Below, in pieces: positions 11,289 through 19,281 of a stretch of DNA of 62,156 bases (position 1 is its first letter; every line of letters starts with the position of its first letter). The notes beneath the pieces are model-generated. The model ran no database searches. It was not told the origin of the DNA and worked only from the letters and a program-made list of their open reading frames with translations. Location: the NCBI GenBank assembly GCA_036517535.1, contig DATDVS010000005.1, positions 1 to 62,156 on the forward strand, written 5' to 3'. The position numbers were made by a program, and so were the translations under genes. Origin of the DNA: Minisyncoccota bacterium (lineage in GTDB: Bacteria > Patescibacteriota > Minisyncoccia > Phycocordibacterales > UBA9973).

Positions 11289-11903
11289 TTAATTTATTTG
11301 AATTCTGCCGGAAACATAAAGTTTTATCTTCGCGCTAATGGAATGCAGAGAACTGATTGTTATTTGCACATAAGAAATATTCGGACTGGAGAGCGATGTA
11401 GAGGTGATGGTGGCGCCCGAGTTGGGCCTCTTAAAGGTAGCTGCGATGTTGGCCACATTTTGCACCGGGGTCCCGTCCGTGTAGTACACGTCTAGGCTCG
11501 ATATCGTATTCCCCTTGGTGATGCTCACCTTGGTAGAGCATTCCCCCGCGCAGTCCGATCCGTCATACAAGTTGTTGTTATTGGCGTCGGTAAAATATAT
11601 GAAGCTCTTGTTGTCGCTTGCCAAATTCATATAAACACCGTAGGAAGGCTTCCAGCCGGCTATCAAGATGCCCTGCTGGACAGCGGGCGGCAGGCGGCCA
11701 GCCAGAGAAGATTTCTGAGCCTCAACGATCTTCAGAGCTATATCGTTGGCAAGATTCTTTATGTCCACTTTCGCCTGAAAGCCTCCGTAATTGAAAAGTA
11801 CCACGTTCGACATAACGGCAAAAATACCGAGCACTACGACGAGCTCCACATAGGTCATCCCTCGAGAATACGGCGCTTTCGATTTTTTTTTAAACAAAGC
11901 CAT
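11289..11903 (-). CDS. prepilin-type minor pseudopilin (start moved to MALFKKK...)
   Basis: MALFKKKSKAPYSRG|MTYVELVVVLGIFAV; the longer 285-aa ORF overlaps pilD and is unlikely. Confidence 0.65.
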   Translation of the reverse strand: MALFKKKSKAPYSRGMTYVELVVVLGIFAVMSNVVLFNYGGFQAKVDIKNLANDIALKIVEAQKSSLAGRLPPAVQQGILIAGWKPSYGVYMNLASDNKSFIYFTDANNNNLYDGSDCAGECSTKVSITKGNTISSLDVYYTDGTPVQNVANIAATFKRPNSGATITSTSLSSPNISYVQITISSLHSISAKIKLYVSGRIQIN

Positions 11904-11911
11904 ATGTATCC

Positions 11912-12715
11912 TTAAAATCCCGGTAAAAGAGACAACTCGAAAAGAAATACCGCGGCGGCGCCAAAAACCAAAAACGGGGCGAAGGGAATCTCGCTTTTTA
12001 TCCCGTGTTTCCAGCCGAATAAAATAAGAAATATTCCGACTAAGGCCCCCGTCCAGAAAGCAAGTATCGTCGCAGACAAGACCCTGCTGAGCCCCAGAAA
12101 CCACCCCAGGCCCACCGCGAGCTTCGCGTCGCCCAACCCCATCCACCTTCCCCTCGACAAAAACCAGAACAAGGCGAACGGGATGGCGATCACTAGACCG
12201 GAGAGAAATGAGGATAGGGCCGGAACATGGATACGGACTCCCTGCGAAGAAAATAAGAACAACCCGAGGAATGCAAGTGCGCCGAAAACAAAGGCGAGGG
12301 TATCGGGAATTATTTTGTGCCTCAGGTCATACGCGGCAATGACCAAGAGGAGCGAAAACATTGCGGCCGAGTAAGCGTACAGCCCGGCAAAGGCGAGGGT
12401 TGAGGTAAAGAAAAAATTTTGAAATTTTAAAAAGAGGGCGGCAAAAATTATGCCGGTTATGCTTTCGACCAGCGGGTATTGGAGCGAAATTTTTACCTTA
12501 CAGCTTTTACACCTCGCGCCAAGCGCGAGGAAGCTCAAAAGCGGGATAAGCTCATACCAGGAGAGCGTGGTGTTGCAAGACATGCAGACGCTCCGCCCTC
12601 CGAAAGATTTCGAGGTGTTGTACCGGCAGATGGCGACATTCAAAAAGGATCCGATGATAAGGCCGAAAACAAAAAAAATAATTGTGAGCAGGGTCACGAG
12701 GGTCATTAGTTGCAA
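11912..12715 (-). CDS. pilD: prepilin peptidase / N-methyltransferase (A24 family)
   Basis: 267 aa, multi-TM; two CxxC pairs (CMSC, CKSC), catalytic Asp contexts AAYDLRH and GLGDAKL. Confidence 0.9.
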   Translation of the reverse strand: MQLMTLVTLLTIIFFVFGLIIGSFLNVAICRYNTSKSFGGRSVCMSCNTTLSWYELIPLLSFLALGARCKSCKVKISLQYPLVESITGIIFAALFLKFQNFFFTSTLAFAGLYAYSAAMFSLLLVIAAYDLRHKIIPDTLAFVFGALAFLGLFLFSSQGVRIHVPALSSFLSGLVIAIPFALFWFLSRGRWMGLGDAKLAVGLGWFLGLSRVLSATILAFWTGALVGIFLILFGWKHGIKSEIPFAPFLVFGAAAVFLFELSLLPGF

Positions 12716-13185
12716 GTGAAAGTGCCGGAATTAATGGCTAGAGACGGGACGGACGCCACCACCTTGGCCGATCCCGCATTGTCCACGCACCAGGAAGTGC
12801 CGGGGTTTAGCTTGAGGCCCACCGCCACCGCCCAGGCCTCACCGGAGTTCGAGCAAGAGCTACCGACCCCGCGCTTGACTGCCTCGGCTATGGCGGCCGC
12901 AATCGTCGGGTTTTTCGCCAGCATATTTGTCCCGGATGCATCATAGGTCGGACAGGTGCCGACGCCGAAATTCTCTCCGCCCAGAGGCAGATACGAATTG
13001 AGGTTGTCGAGATAGAAGATCTCGCTGACGGAGCGGATAGTGTCTAAATTGCCTTTGACCGCTGTATCGTCCCCTTTTGACTTGCTCTGCCCCAAATAAC
13101 CGAGGGTGATGGATGCAAGCAGTCCTATAATTGCCACCACTACCAATAATTCGATCAGGGTAAAGCCTCTTTTTTTGTTTTCCAT
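12706..13185 (-). CDS. type IV pilin (start at MENKKRG|FTLIELLVV)
   Basis: Canonical class III signal KRG|FTLIELLVVVAIIGLLA; C-terminal Cys pair. Confidence 0.85.
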   Translation of the reverse strand: MENKKRGFTLIELLVVVAIIGLLASITLGYLGQSKSKGDDTAVKGNLDTIRSVSEIFYLDNLNSYLPLGGENFGVGTCPTYDASGTNMLAKNPTIAAAIAEAVKRGVGSSCSNSGEAWAVAVGLKLNPGTSWCVDNAGSAKVVASVPSLAINSGTFTCN

Positions 13186-13214
13186 AAAAAATCTATTGGC
13201 TAATAAGCTCATAC

Positions 13215-13223
13215 ATTATAACA
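13215..13223 (-). promoter_or_regulatory. extended -10 TGTTATAAT upstream of second pilin gene
   Basis: minus strand GGATGTTATAATgt; only 2 nt before the first in-frame ATG (13212), which argues for the 13185 start. Confidence 0.45.
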
Positions 13224-13290
13224 TCCGGGTAAAACAAAAACCACTCCGGTCTGAGCCGGAGCGGCTTTTGTTGTTGAGTCTAAAGCAATG

Positions 13291-13755
13291 CTAGCAAGCG
13301 GTGCCGGAAGCCAAAGCCGCCTTGCCAACCGAAACTCCCGTAGAATCCACACACCAGTGGGTGTTGGTTCCTTCAGCGACTTTAAGCGGTATAGATGCCA
13401 CCCACTCAGAAGTGCTGGATCCGCAGAATCCTGTGCCGCCGGATGAGGCTAGGGCTGCCTGAATAGCGTTGTAAATAGGAGCACTCGTACCGGAGCTCAC
13501 GAAGAGTGAGCTGGCAGTCGGGCTGGTGCAGGAAGAGGCATTAGCCGCTGTGCCGTAACCGTTAGGAGAGGTAGAATCGTATACAAGCTCCGCCTGAGCC
13601 CGGATGTTCGCCAAGTTTGCCTTGATAGCGGCATTCGCACCCTTGGCCCGAGCGGTGTTGAGGGATGCCAAGACGACCGAAGCCAAAATACCGATGATTG
13701 CCACCACGACCAAAAGCTCGATCAAGGTGAAACCTTTCTTAAAATTTATTTTCAT
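13291..13755 (-). CDS. type IV pilin (likely major pilin)
   Basis: MKINFKKG|FTLIELLVVVAIIGILASVVLASLNTARAKG; first gene of the cluster. Confidence 0.85.
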   Translation of the reverse strand: MKINFKKGFTLIELLVVVAIIGILASVVLASLNTARAKGANAAIKANLANIRAQAELVYDSTSPNGYGTAANASSCTSPTASSLFVSSGTSAPIYNAIQAALASSGGTGFCGSSTSEWVASIPLKVAEGTNTHWCVDSTGVSVGKAALASGTAC

Positions 13756-13880
13756 AATTTTCTAATGATTAATAATAACTAATAATTTTATCCGCCTACG
13801 GCGAAATTTTCGACTTGTTGTAATAGCCTTATTATATAATAGGCTGGCAATAAAGTTATCCACAGCAACAGCCAGTCGAA

Positions 13881-14081
13881 TTATCTATAACCTTTGGTTA
13901 AAAGTACGGTTAGTATGAAAACCAAAACCAAAAGGATGACATAAGGCACCTTCCACCACCAGTTCTTCTCCCCCATCACTTTCTTCAGCATGCCCCAGCC
14001 CTCCATGAGCATATAAAAAGGCAGGACAGCGATCATGTACCAAATGACGAAAAATAAAAAGCCCATGGGGGTATTATACAC
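13881..14081 (-). CDS. small 2-TM hypothetical protein
   Basis: 66-aa hydrophobic ORF; start uncertain (GTG 14081 or ATG 14066). Confidence 0.4.
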   Translation of the reverse strand: MYNTPMGFLFFVIWYMIAVLPFYMLMEGWGMLKKVMGEKNWWWKVPYVILLVLVFILTVLLTKGYR

Positions 14082-14144
14082 CTCACCCGGCCCTTCGATA
14101 AACTCAGGGCCACCCTCTCCTAGCCAGGAGAGGGGTTGGGTTGT
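14081..14144. repeat. R2 element, long nested-palindrome form, copy A
   Basis: CCTCACCCGGCCCTTCGATAAACTCAGGGCCACCCTCTCCTAGCCAGGAGAGGGGTTGGGTTGT; near-identical left half to 18108-18175. Confidence 0.8.
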
Positions 14145-14146
14145 AA

Positions 14147-14620
14147 TTATTTCTGTATCAGAATAGTCGCTACGTTCTGAGATTTATCGCAGTCCACCAG
14201 CCAGGTAGCAGGTAGAGCGGAACTCGAGAGTTTTACTATCTTGAAGCCCCAAGCTTTGATGTTGTAAGTAGAACCGACTCGCACTGTGCGATCCAGTGAT
14301 GAGCGATTATCTATCATAATCTCTGAGCCGTTCTTGAAAGTAGTATTGGTCAGGCTGGCGCGGCATTCCTGGTCGAGCTGAATACGAGCATCCGCATATT
14401 TTTTAAGCGCGTTGGCATAGCTGATAGTAGCGGCCTTGGACGCAGAATTGACACTGCCGGAGCTCGTGTCCTCCACAGAATCCGCGGGTTCGAGAGCCGT
14501 GTCCCCGGTCGTGTTGTCCCCGACCGTTATGTCCGCGGGAGTGCTTTTAGCCCACCAAATGAGTCCTGCAACGACAACTATCACCACCGCGATGCTGATC
14601 CATAAATTTTTATTTTCCAT
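14147..14620 (-). CDS. hypothetical secreted/membrane-anchored protein
   Basis: 157 aa, N-terminal TM LWISIAVVIVVVAGLIWWA. Confidence 0.5.
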   Translation of the reverse strand: MENKNLWISIAVVIVVVAGLIWWAKSTPADITVGDNTTGDTALEPADSVEDTSSGSVNSASKAATISYANALKKYADARIQLDQECRASLTNTTFKNGSEIMIDNRSSLDRTVRVGSTYNIKAWGFKIVKLSSSALPATWLVDCDKSQNVATILIQK

Positions 14621-14710
14621 ATGTTTTTATTTTATTAAACTTTTAATACCCTAATTATAGCACACTCTAATATTTTAATGTCAAATTAATGTGTGTATAA
14701 ATACTCCACC

Positions 14711-14735
14711 CTTTGCGGGTGTCCAACACCCGCAG
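14711..14735. repeat. RAYT-flanking hairpin (downstream copy)
   Basis: CTTTGCGGGTGTCCAACACCCGCAG (8-bp stem, 3-nt loop); exact inverted copy at 15422-15446. Confidence 0.85.
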
Positions 14736-14740
14736 TCAAT

Positions 14741-15400
14741 TTACGGAAGCGGATCATCCTCCAAAAGAGAAGTCAGGCCCCTTTCTTCACGAATAAATGA
14801 TATAACGTCCAGACATTCTCTTTTGAAGTTTTTATTGCCTCCATAGAAATCCAGCAATTCTTTCGCCTCGGCTTTTGAAACAAGAACAAAATTATTCGCA
14901 TCATACTCTTTTTCACTTGATAAAACTAAATGTCTTTTTTCTTTCGGAATGTTGTGTACTAAATAATTTAAATGAGTATAGGGACGAATTTTCAAAAAAT
15001 AAGCGTCATCATCTATTAAATGAGATTTGAACCTTCCTTGAAAAAGTGCTCCGCTTCTTTGATGTATTAAATTAAAATAATTTGTATATCCGCCCAGTAA
15101 ACGCTTGAAAAACTCTGAAATACCACCATCTACCTCCTGTTTCAAAATAAAATGAAAATGGTTGGGATTGAAACAATAACAAACAATAGAAACCAGCCTC
15201 GTCGGGTGTCCAACACCCGACGATTCTTTTAACTCAGTAAGGCGCTCTTTTATACTGCCAATAGGTTTAACCACATTGAACTCTTTGACACTCAACACAA
15301 ACCTGTCCAGGTCAGCTTTATTCATAAATATATCTCTTTTATCCACGCCTCTATTGTAAATATGATAATAAAGCCCTGTTATCAACGGATCTTTTCTCAT
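14741..15400 (-). mobile_element. IS200/IS605-type Y1 (HUH) transposase, RAYT-like (start moved to MRKDPLITG...)
   Basis: YYHIYNRGVDKRDIF N-terminus, HUH motif NHFHFIL, C-terminal Tyr region YTHLNYLVHN; flanked by inverted hairpins. Confidence 0.7.
15201..15221. repeat. third copy of the RAYT hairpin core, inside the RAYT ORF (in frame, encodes GVGHPT)
   Basis: GTCGGGTGTCCAACACCCGAC. Confidence 0.75.
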
Positions 15401-15421
15401 AAAAGTATTGTACCACAACCC

Positions 15422-15446
15422 CTGCGGGTGTTGGACACCCGCAAAG
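15422..15446. repeat. RAYT-flanking hairpin (upstream copy, inverted)
   Basis: CTGCGGGTGTTGGACACCCGCAAAG, the reverse complement of 14711-14735. Confidence 0.85.
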
Positions 15447-15450
15447 CTGA

Positions 15451-15490
15451 AAAACAAAAAGCCCCAAAATAGAATTGAGAGGGCTTTTTG
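15451..15490 (-). terminator. rho-independent terminator after the 294-aa PG-binding protein gene
   Basis: minus strand AAAAAGCCC-loop-GGGCTTTTTGTTTT. Confidence 0.65.
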
Positions 15491-15533
15491 TTTTTACTAG
15501 CACCTAGAAACTAGTCGCTAGAACTTAATTACT

Positions 15534-16418
15534 TTATTGCGCGTTCATCATCGCCTTGGTCTTCGGGCCTACTAGACCGTCAGATACTAGGCCGTTGTCC
15601 CTCTGCCATGTCTTGATGACAGCAATGGTCTTGGGACCGAGTTTGCCATCAACTACAAGCCCGAGATTCAACTTAGCATTCAAGAATCTTTGCAGTTCCT
15701 TGACCGCTTCGCCTCTGCTACCATTTCTCAATGTAGTAGTGCCGAAGTTGTATTTGCCGGAAGCAACCGCGCTGACCATATTGCCGACGCAAGATGCGCC
15801 AGAAGTAGTGCTGAAGCCGCTCGTGCGAGCATCACAGCCAGGAACGGATACAACGGCCGGAGTAGCCGGCACAGTAGCCGTGTTACCCACGCACGACACC
15901 CCAGAAGCTGTGCTGAAGCCGGTGGTCCTGTTGCCACAGCCGACAATTGTATTGCCGGGAGTAGCTGGAGTGGCCGGAGTCACCGCAGCCGGAGTAGGCG
16001 TTGGTGTCGGAGTAGGTGTAGGAGTGCTTCCTCCACCGCCGCCGCCACCTCCCCCTCCACCACCACTAGAACAAGTGGCAGTTGCGTCCGGGGTGATTAT
16101 CACGGAAGTAACTGCGCCGTTCAAGCGGAGCGCGGAAACTGAACTGTCACACTGGATTGACTGCCCAATGCTGTTGTTCAAGAGATATTTCCCGGCAGAA
16201 GTGATGTTGAAGTAGGATCCGGAAGGCACGGTCACCGTAATGGTGGTCGCACCCACAATCACCGAAGTCGCCTCCGAGCCGGCTTGAATGATGTAATCAT
16301 TCGAGTCGACACTAAGCGTAGTGTTGTTGGTGTAGACTAGGTCCGCCGCGGAAGCCACACCTGCGAACGCAAGTGATAGAACCCCCACAAGCAAACCGAT
16401 TTTTAATTTATTAATCAT
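15534..16418 (-). CDS. secreted protein with C-terminal peptidoglycan-binding (PG_binding_1-like) domain
   Basis: Signal peptide; G12 and (TP)5 linkers; two Cys-bounded GC..RT.GFST.SG.SCVGN motifs; C-terminus GSRGEAVKELQRFLN...VDGKLGPKT...LVSDGLVGPKT. Confidence 0.75.
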   Translation of the reverse strand: MINKLKIGLLVGVLSLAFAGVASAADLVYTNNTTLSVDSNDYIIQAGSEATSVIVGATTITVTVPSGSYFNITSAGKYLLNNSIGQSIQCDSSVSALRLNGAVTSVIITPDATATCSSGGGGGGGGGGGGSTPTPTPTPTPTPAAVTPATPATPGNTIVGCGNRTTGFSTASGVSCVGNTATVPATPAVVSVPGCDARTSGFSTTSGASCVGNMVSAVASGKYNFGTTTLRNGSRGEAVKELQRFLNAKLNLGLVVDGKLGPKTIAVIKTWQRDNGLVSDGLVGPKTKAMMNAQ

Positions 16419-16511
16419 TTTGTTTTTTTAATTTTCGTTAACACAGAATTCGACCCTAAGAAGTCCTAACAAAATTCTGTATGGGTTAATAATAGTTAAG
16501 AAACAAAATAA

Positions 16512-17906
16512 TTATTGAGCGAAAGAAGCGCAAGTAACCAAAGTCGCTGTGAGAATATTACACTCAATCCAGTCACCCGCTAAGTCAACTGCGGCACCCG
16601 CGGCCGCGACTGTGGCAACAGTCAAAGTATCGTTAGCAACAACAGTCAGTGCGCCAGTATTTGCCCCGTGACCAAACATGAGCGTGCGGCCAATGTCGCC
16701 CGCGTCGAAGGATTCCCCCGCGCTACCAAGAGTCACAGCAACGGCCGTGGCACCGGTTGTGTCAACTAAGAAATAACTGGCCGCCTGTAGAGTGGCCTTT
16801 GAAAGAGCACCCGTAGCAGTGATAGTCGTACCATTTGTAACTCTATAAGCATCAGCAGCCATGAAAGTAGTAGCGGTAGAAGAGACAAATGTCGCAACAC
16901 CCGGACTTGTAATGCTCCACTCCGCGTCAGCCAAAGCAAGAGAACTTGCTGCGCCTCCGATTGTTATTACGTTGACTAGAGAAGCATCATCACCAATGTG
17001 AATTGTTTCCAATCCTGTAGTACCAGTACCAATATTGATAGTGCCTAATCCATCACCTGTACTAATATTCACTGTAGGAGTTGCTCCATCACCTGTAGCA
17101 ATATTCACTATTTGTGAAGCACCACTAGTTGAACCGAGAGTAATTGCTCCTGTTCCAGCAGCGGCACCGATTACAATCGTACCTGTTGTCTGCGGGGTAA
17201 GAGCAATAGCTGCTGTCCCGCTACCACCTTGAATGGTTGTAGTAGAAGCAAAATCTCCATCTGTACCAATAGTGATCAAGTTCGTACCTGAGCCTGTTGG
17301 GTCAGTAGTACCAATGTTGATAGTCTTACCACCGGCAGCTGTAGCAGCGCCTGTACCTATATTGACAGTATCTACTACCGCTGAAGTTCCTCCAGCAATA
17401 GTTGTCGTACGAGCAGCAGTCGGAGCAATGTTGCCGAGGCCGATTGTTGTCACTCGAGTATTGTTACCAATTGCCAATACTCCTGCACCAGCTGTACCTA
17501 CACCAGACATAATGTTGACGGTTGTATTTGCAGCAGATGCACCATTAGCGATAGAAACTGTTTGAGCTACGGTGTTGACACCATTAGCAACAGTGACTGC
17601 GCTACCGGTTGTGGCATTAGCAATGTTAACAGTCGTAATAGCAGTTGAAGCCGAATCACCGATATCAATTTCACCAGTCTGCGCCGCGCCTCCAAGAACT
17701 ATTGTGCTTGTAGTAGCCGCATTAAGACCGATACCAGCAAGAGCAGCTGTCGTACCGGTGCCTACGCCTGTTAATTTAAGCAAACCGCTTTCTGATATGC
17801 TATTTGCTGTAAATGTAGTCGTTGCCCCTGCCGAGCCTGCTCCGACTCCTACGACGAGGGCGAGAGCCAAGAAACCAATACCTAAACCTTTTAATAGTTT
17901 TTTCAT
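16512..17906 (-). CDS. secreted Ala/Gly/Thr-rich repetitive surface protein
   Basis: 464 aa, signal peptide, degenerate repeats (..TINIGT.., ..VNIATG..), essentially no charged stretches. Confidence 0.6.
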   Translation of the reverse strand: MKKLLKGLGIGFLALALVVGVGAGSAGATTTFTANSISESGLLKLTGVGTGTTAALAGIGLNAATTSTIVLGGAAQTGEIDIGDSASTAITTVNIANATTGSAVTVANGVNTVAQTVSIANGASAANTTVNIMSGVGTAGAGVLAIGNNTRVTTIGLGNIAPTAARTTTIAGGTSAVVDTVNIGTGAATAAGGKTINIGTTDPTGSGTNLITIGTDGDFASTTTIQGGSGTAAIALTPQTTGTIVIGAAAGTGAITLGSTSGASQIVNIATGDGATPTVNISTGDGLGTINIGTGTTGLETIHIGDDASLVNVITIGGAASSLALADAEWSITSPGVATFVSSTATTFMAADAYRVTNGTTITATGALSKATLQAASYFLVDTTGATAVAVTLGSAGESFDAGDIGRTLMFGHGANTGALTVVANDTLTVATVAAAGAAVDLAGDWIECNILTATLVTCASFAQ

Positions 17907-18070
17907 ACTTTATAATAAAACCTTTATCCACTTAAAAGCAGATAAAATTACTAATAATTTTCTAATAATTTTTTCCTAGATTATCTACTATGCATTTATA
18001 GACAATCAAAGGGGACAAGAGCGCATTCGACACGCTGATGTGTCCATAATTATACCAATACCCATAACAT

Positions 18071-18102
18071 AAAAGAAGTTATACCTGTGCATAACTTCTT
18101 TT
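18071..18102. terminator. bidirectional hairpin terminator
   Basis: AAAAGAAGTTAT-ACCTGTGC-ATAACTTCTTTT (12-bp stem with A/T runs on both sides), downstream of 18179..18541. Confidence 0.65.
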
Positions 18103-18107
18103 ATTGA

Positions 18108-18175
18108 CCTCACCCGGCCCTTCGATAAACTCAGGGCCACCCTCTCCTTAATAAGGAGAGGGGCTGGGGGTGAGG
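18108..18175. repeat. R2 element, long nested-palindrome form, copy B
   Basis: CCTCACCCGGCCCTTCGATAAACTCAGGGCCACCCTCTCCTTAATAAGGAGAGGGGCTGGGGGTGAGG. Confidence 0.85.
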
Positions 18176-18178
18176 TGA

Positions 18179-18541
18179 TTATTTGCCCTCTTTAGCCAGA
18201 GTTTCAGCGATCTTGCTGGTCGGCAGAAGAGCTCCGTAGAAGACAACATTCTTCGCGGTTAAATGAAGGCTCTTGGGTGCCCAGAGAGCCTGGTCGAGCG
18301 GCTGGAGCGAGAAATTGTTCTTCGTAGCATCCGCCGGATCCTTGGTTACCTGTAAAATATACCCATTTTTAAGGGTAAAACCACCAAAAGTGGACAACTG
18401 GCCCACATAGACCTCCCCTGTCGTCAGGTAGACTACCGAGTACCCATTTCCTGCGACTCTATATTTCCAAAATAGACCTGCACCGACTACAACCAGAACC
18501 AAAACCACTGCAATAATTAAATTCTTCTTATTTTGCAACAT
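18179..18541 (-). CDS. hypothetical membrane-anchored protein
   Basis: 120 aa with N-terminal TM. Confidence 0.5.
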   Translation of the reverse strand: MLQNKKNLIIAVVLVLVVVGAGLFWKYRVAGNGYSVVYLTTGEVYVGQLSTFGGFTLKNGYILQVTKDPADATKNNFSLQPLDQALWAPKSLHLTAKNVVFYGALLPTSKIAETLAKEGK

Positions 18542-18551
18542 ATATTATATG

Positions 18552-19145
18552 TTAATTAATAATTTTAACCTCTAACTCTTTAATTCTATCCTTATAACCC
18601 TGATTATCAGGATACCTCTCCAGCAGGACTTTGTAAATAGCCAGGGCATCCTTGTAGGACCCGTGCGCCGCAAGGAAAGAAGCGTAATTGAGGTAGATAT
18701 TGGTGTTTTCAATGGTGGATTTGAGCGAATCATCATATACCTTCTGGACTTCAGTGAAAGGCTTCTTCATATAGTCCTGATAAAGCTCTATTTTCGCCAT
18801 CCAAAGCACCGAATCCCCCGCTATCTTAAGGCCCCCATCGTAAGCGACCTCCGCGCTGGCATAATCCCCGAGGGCCTTGTAAACATTGCCCATATTCAGA
18901 TACGGGAGCCATATTTTGCCCTCTGTATCGACGATTATTGCCTTATATAGGTCTATTGCCTTCTGATACGCCTGTTTGTCCCCTTGTGCGCCCTCGGACT
19001 TGTATTGATTAGCAAGAGTCATATCTGCTAAATACTTCGGGTCTTCCCGGTCTGTCTGAGCAGATGGTAAAAATTTCCACACGGCTATGCCGGCAACCAG
19101 AAGGACCACTAAAGACATAAGCGTTATTATTTGTTTCTTACTCAT
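18552..19145 (-). CDS. TPR-repeat protein, membrane anchored (ATG start MSKKQ...)
   Basis: N-terminal TM then TPR-like A..Y..A repeats (AYQKAIDLYKA, GDYASAEVAYDG, GSYKDALAIYKVLLERYPDN). Confidence 0.6.
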   Translation of the reverse strand: MSKKQIITLMSLVVLLVAGIAVWKFLPSAQTDREDPKYLADMTLANQYKSEGAQGDKQAYQKAIDLYKAIIVDTEGKIWLPYLNMGNVYKALGDYASAEVAYDGGLKIAGDSVLWMAKIELYQDYMKKPFTEVQKVYDDSLKSTIENTNIYLNYASFLAAHGSYKDALAIYKVLLERYPDNQGYKDRIKELEVKIIN

Positions 19146-19152
19146 GACCAAT

Positions 19153-19158
19153 ATTATA
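19153..19158 (-). promoter_or_regulatory. -10 box TATAAT, 7 nt before ATG 19145
   Basis: minus strand TATAATattggtcATG. Confidence 0.45.
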
Positions 19159-19168
19159 TATTATAGGT

Positions 19169-19207
19169 AAACAAAAAACCACCCCCGAAGGAGTGGTTTT
19201 TTGTTTA
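19169..19207. terminator. bidirectional rho-independent terminator after the giant surface-protein gene
   Basis: AAACAAAAAACCACCCC-CGAA-GGAGTGGTTTTTTGTTT. Confidence 0.75.
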
Positions 19208-19281
19208 CCCGTCCATAGCTCTTGCGAGCTACGGCGGGTTGTTCAGAACTTTGTCTGACTAAACTAACTTATAGTTAGTTA

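Noticed and set aside
12955-12975. AGGTCGGAC string inside the second pilin gene as another R1 half-site.
   Set aside because: It is only a 9-nt match without the palindromic partner or loop, which is compatible with chance.
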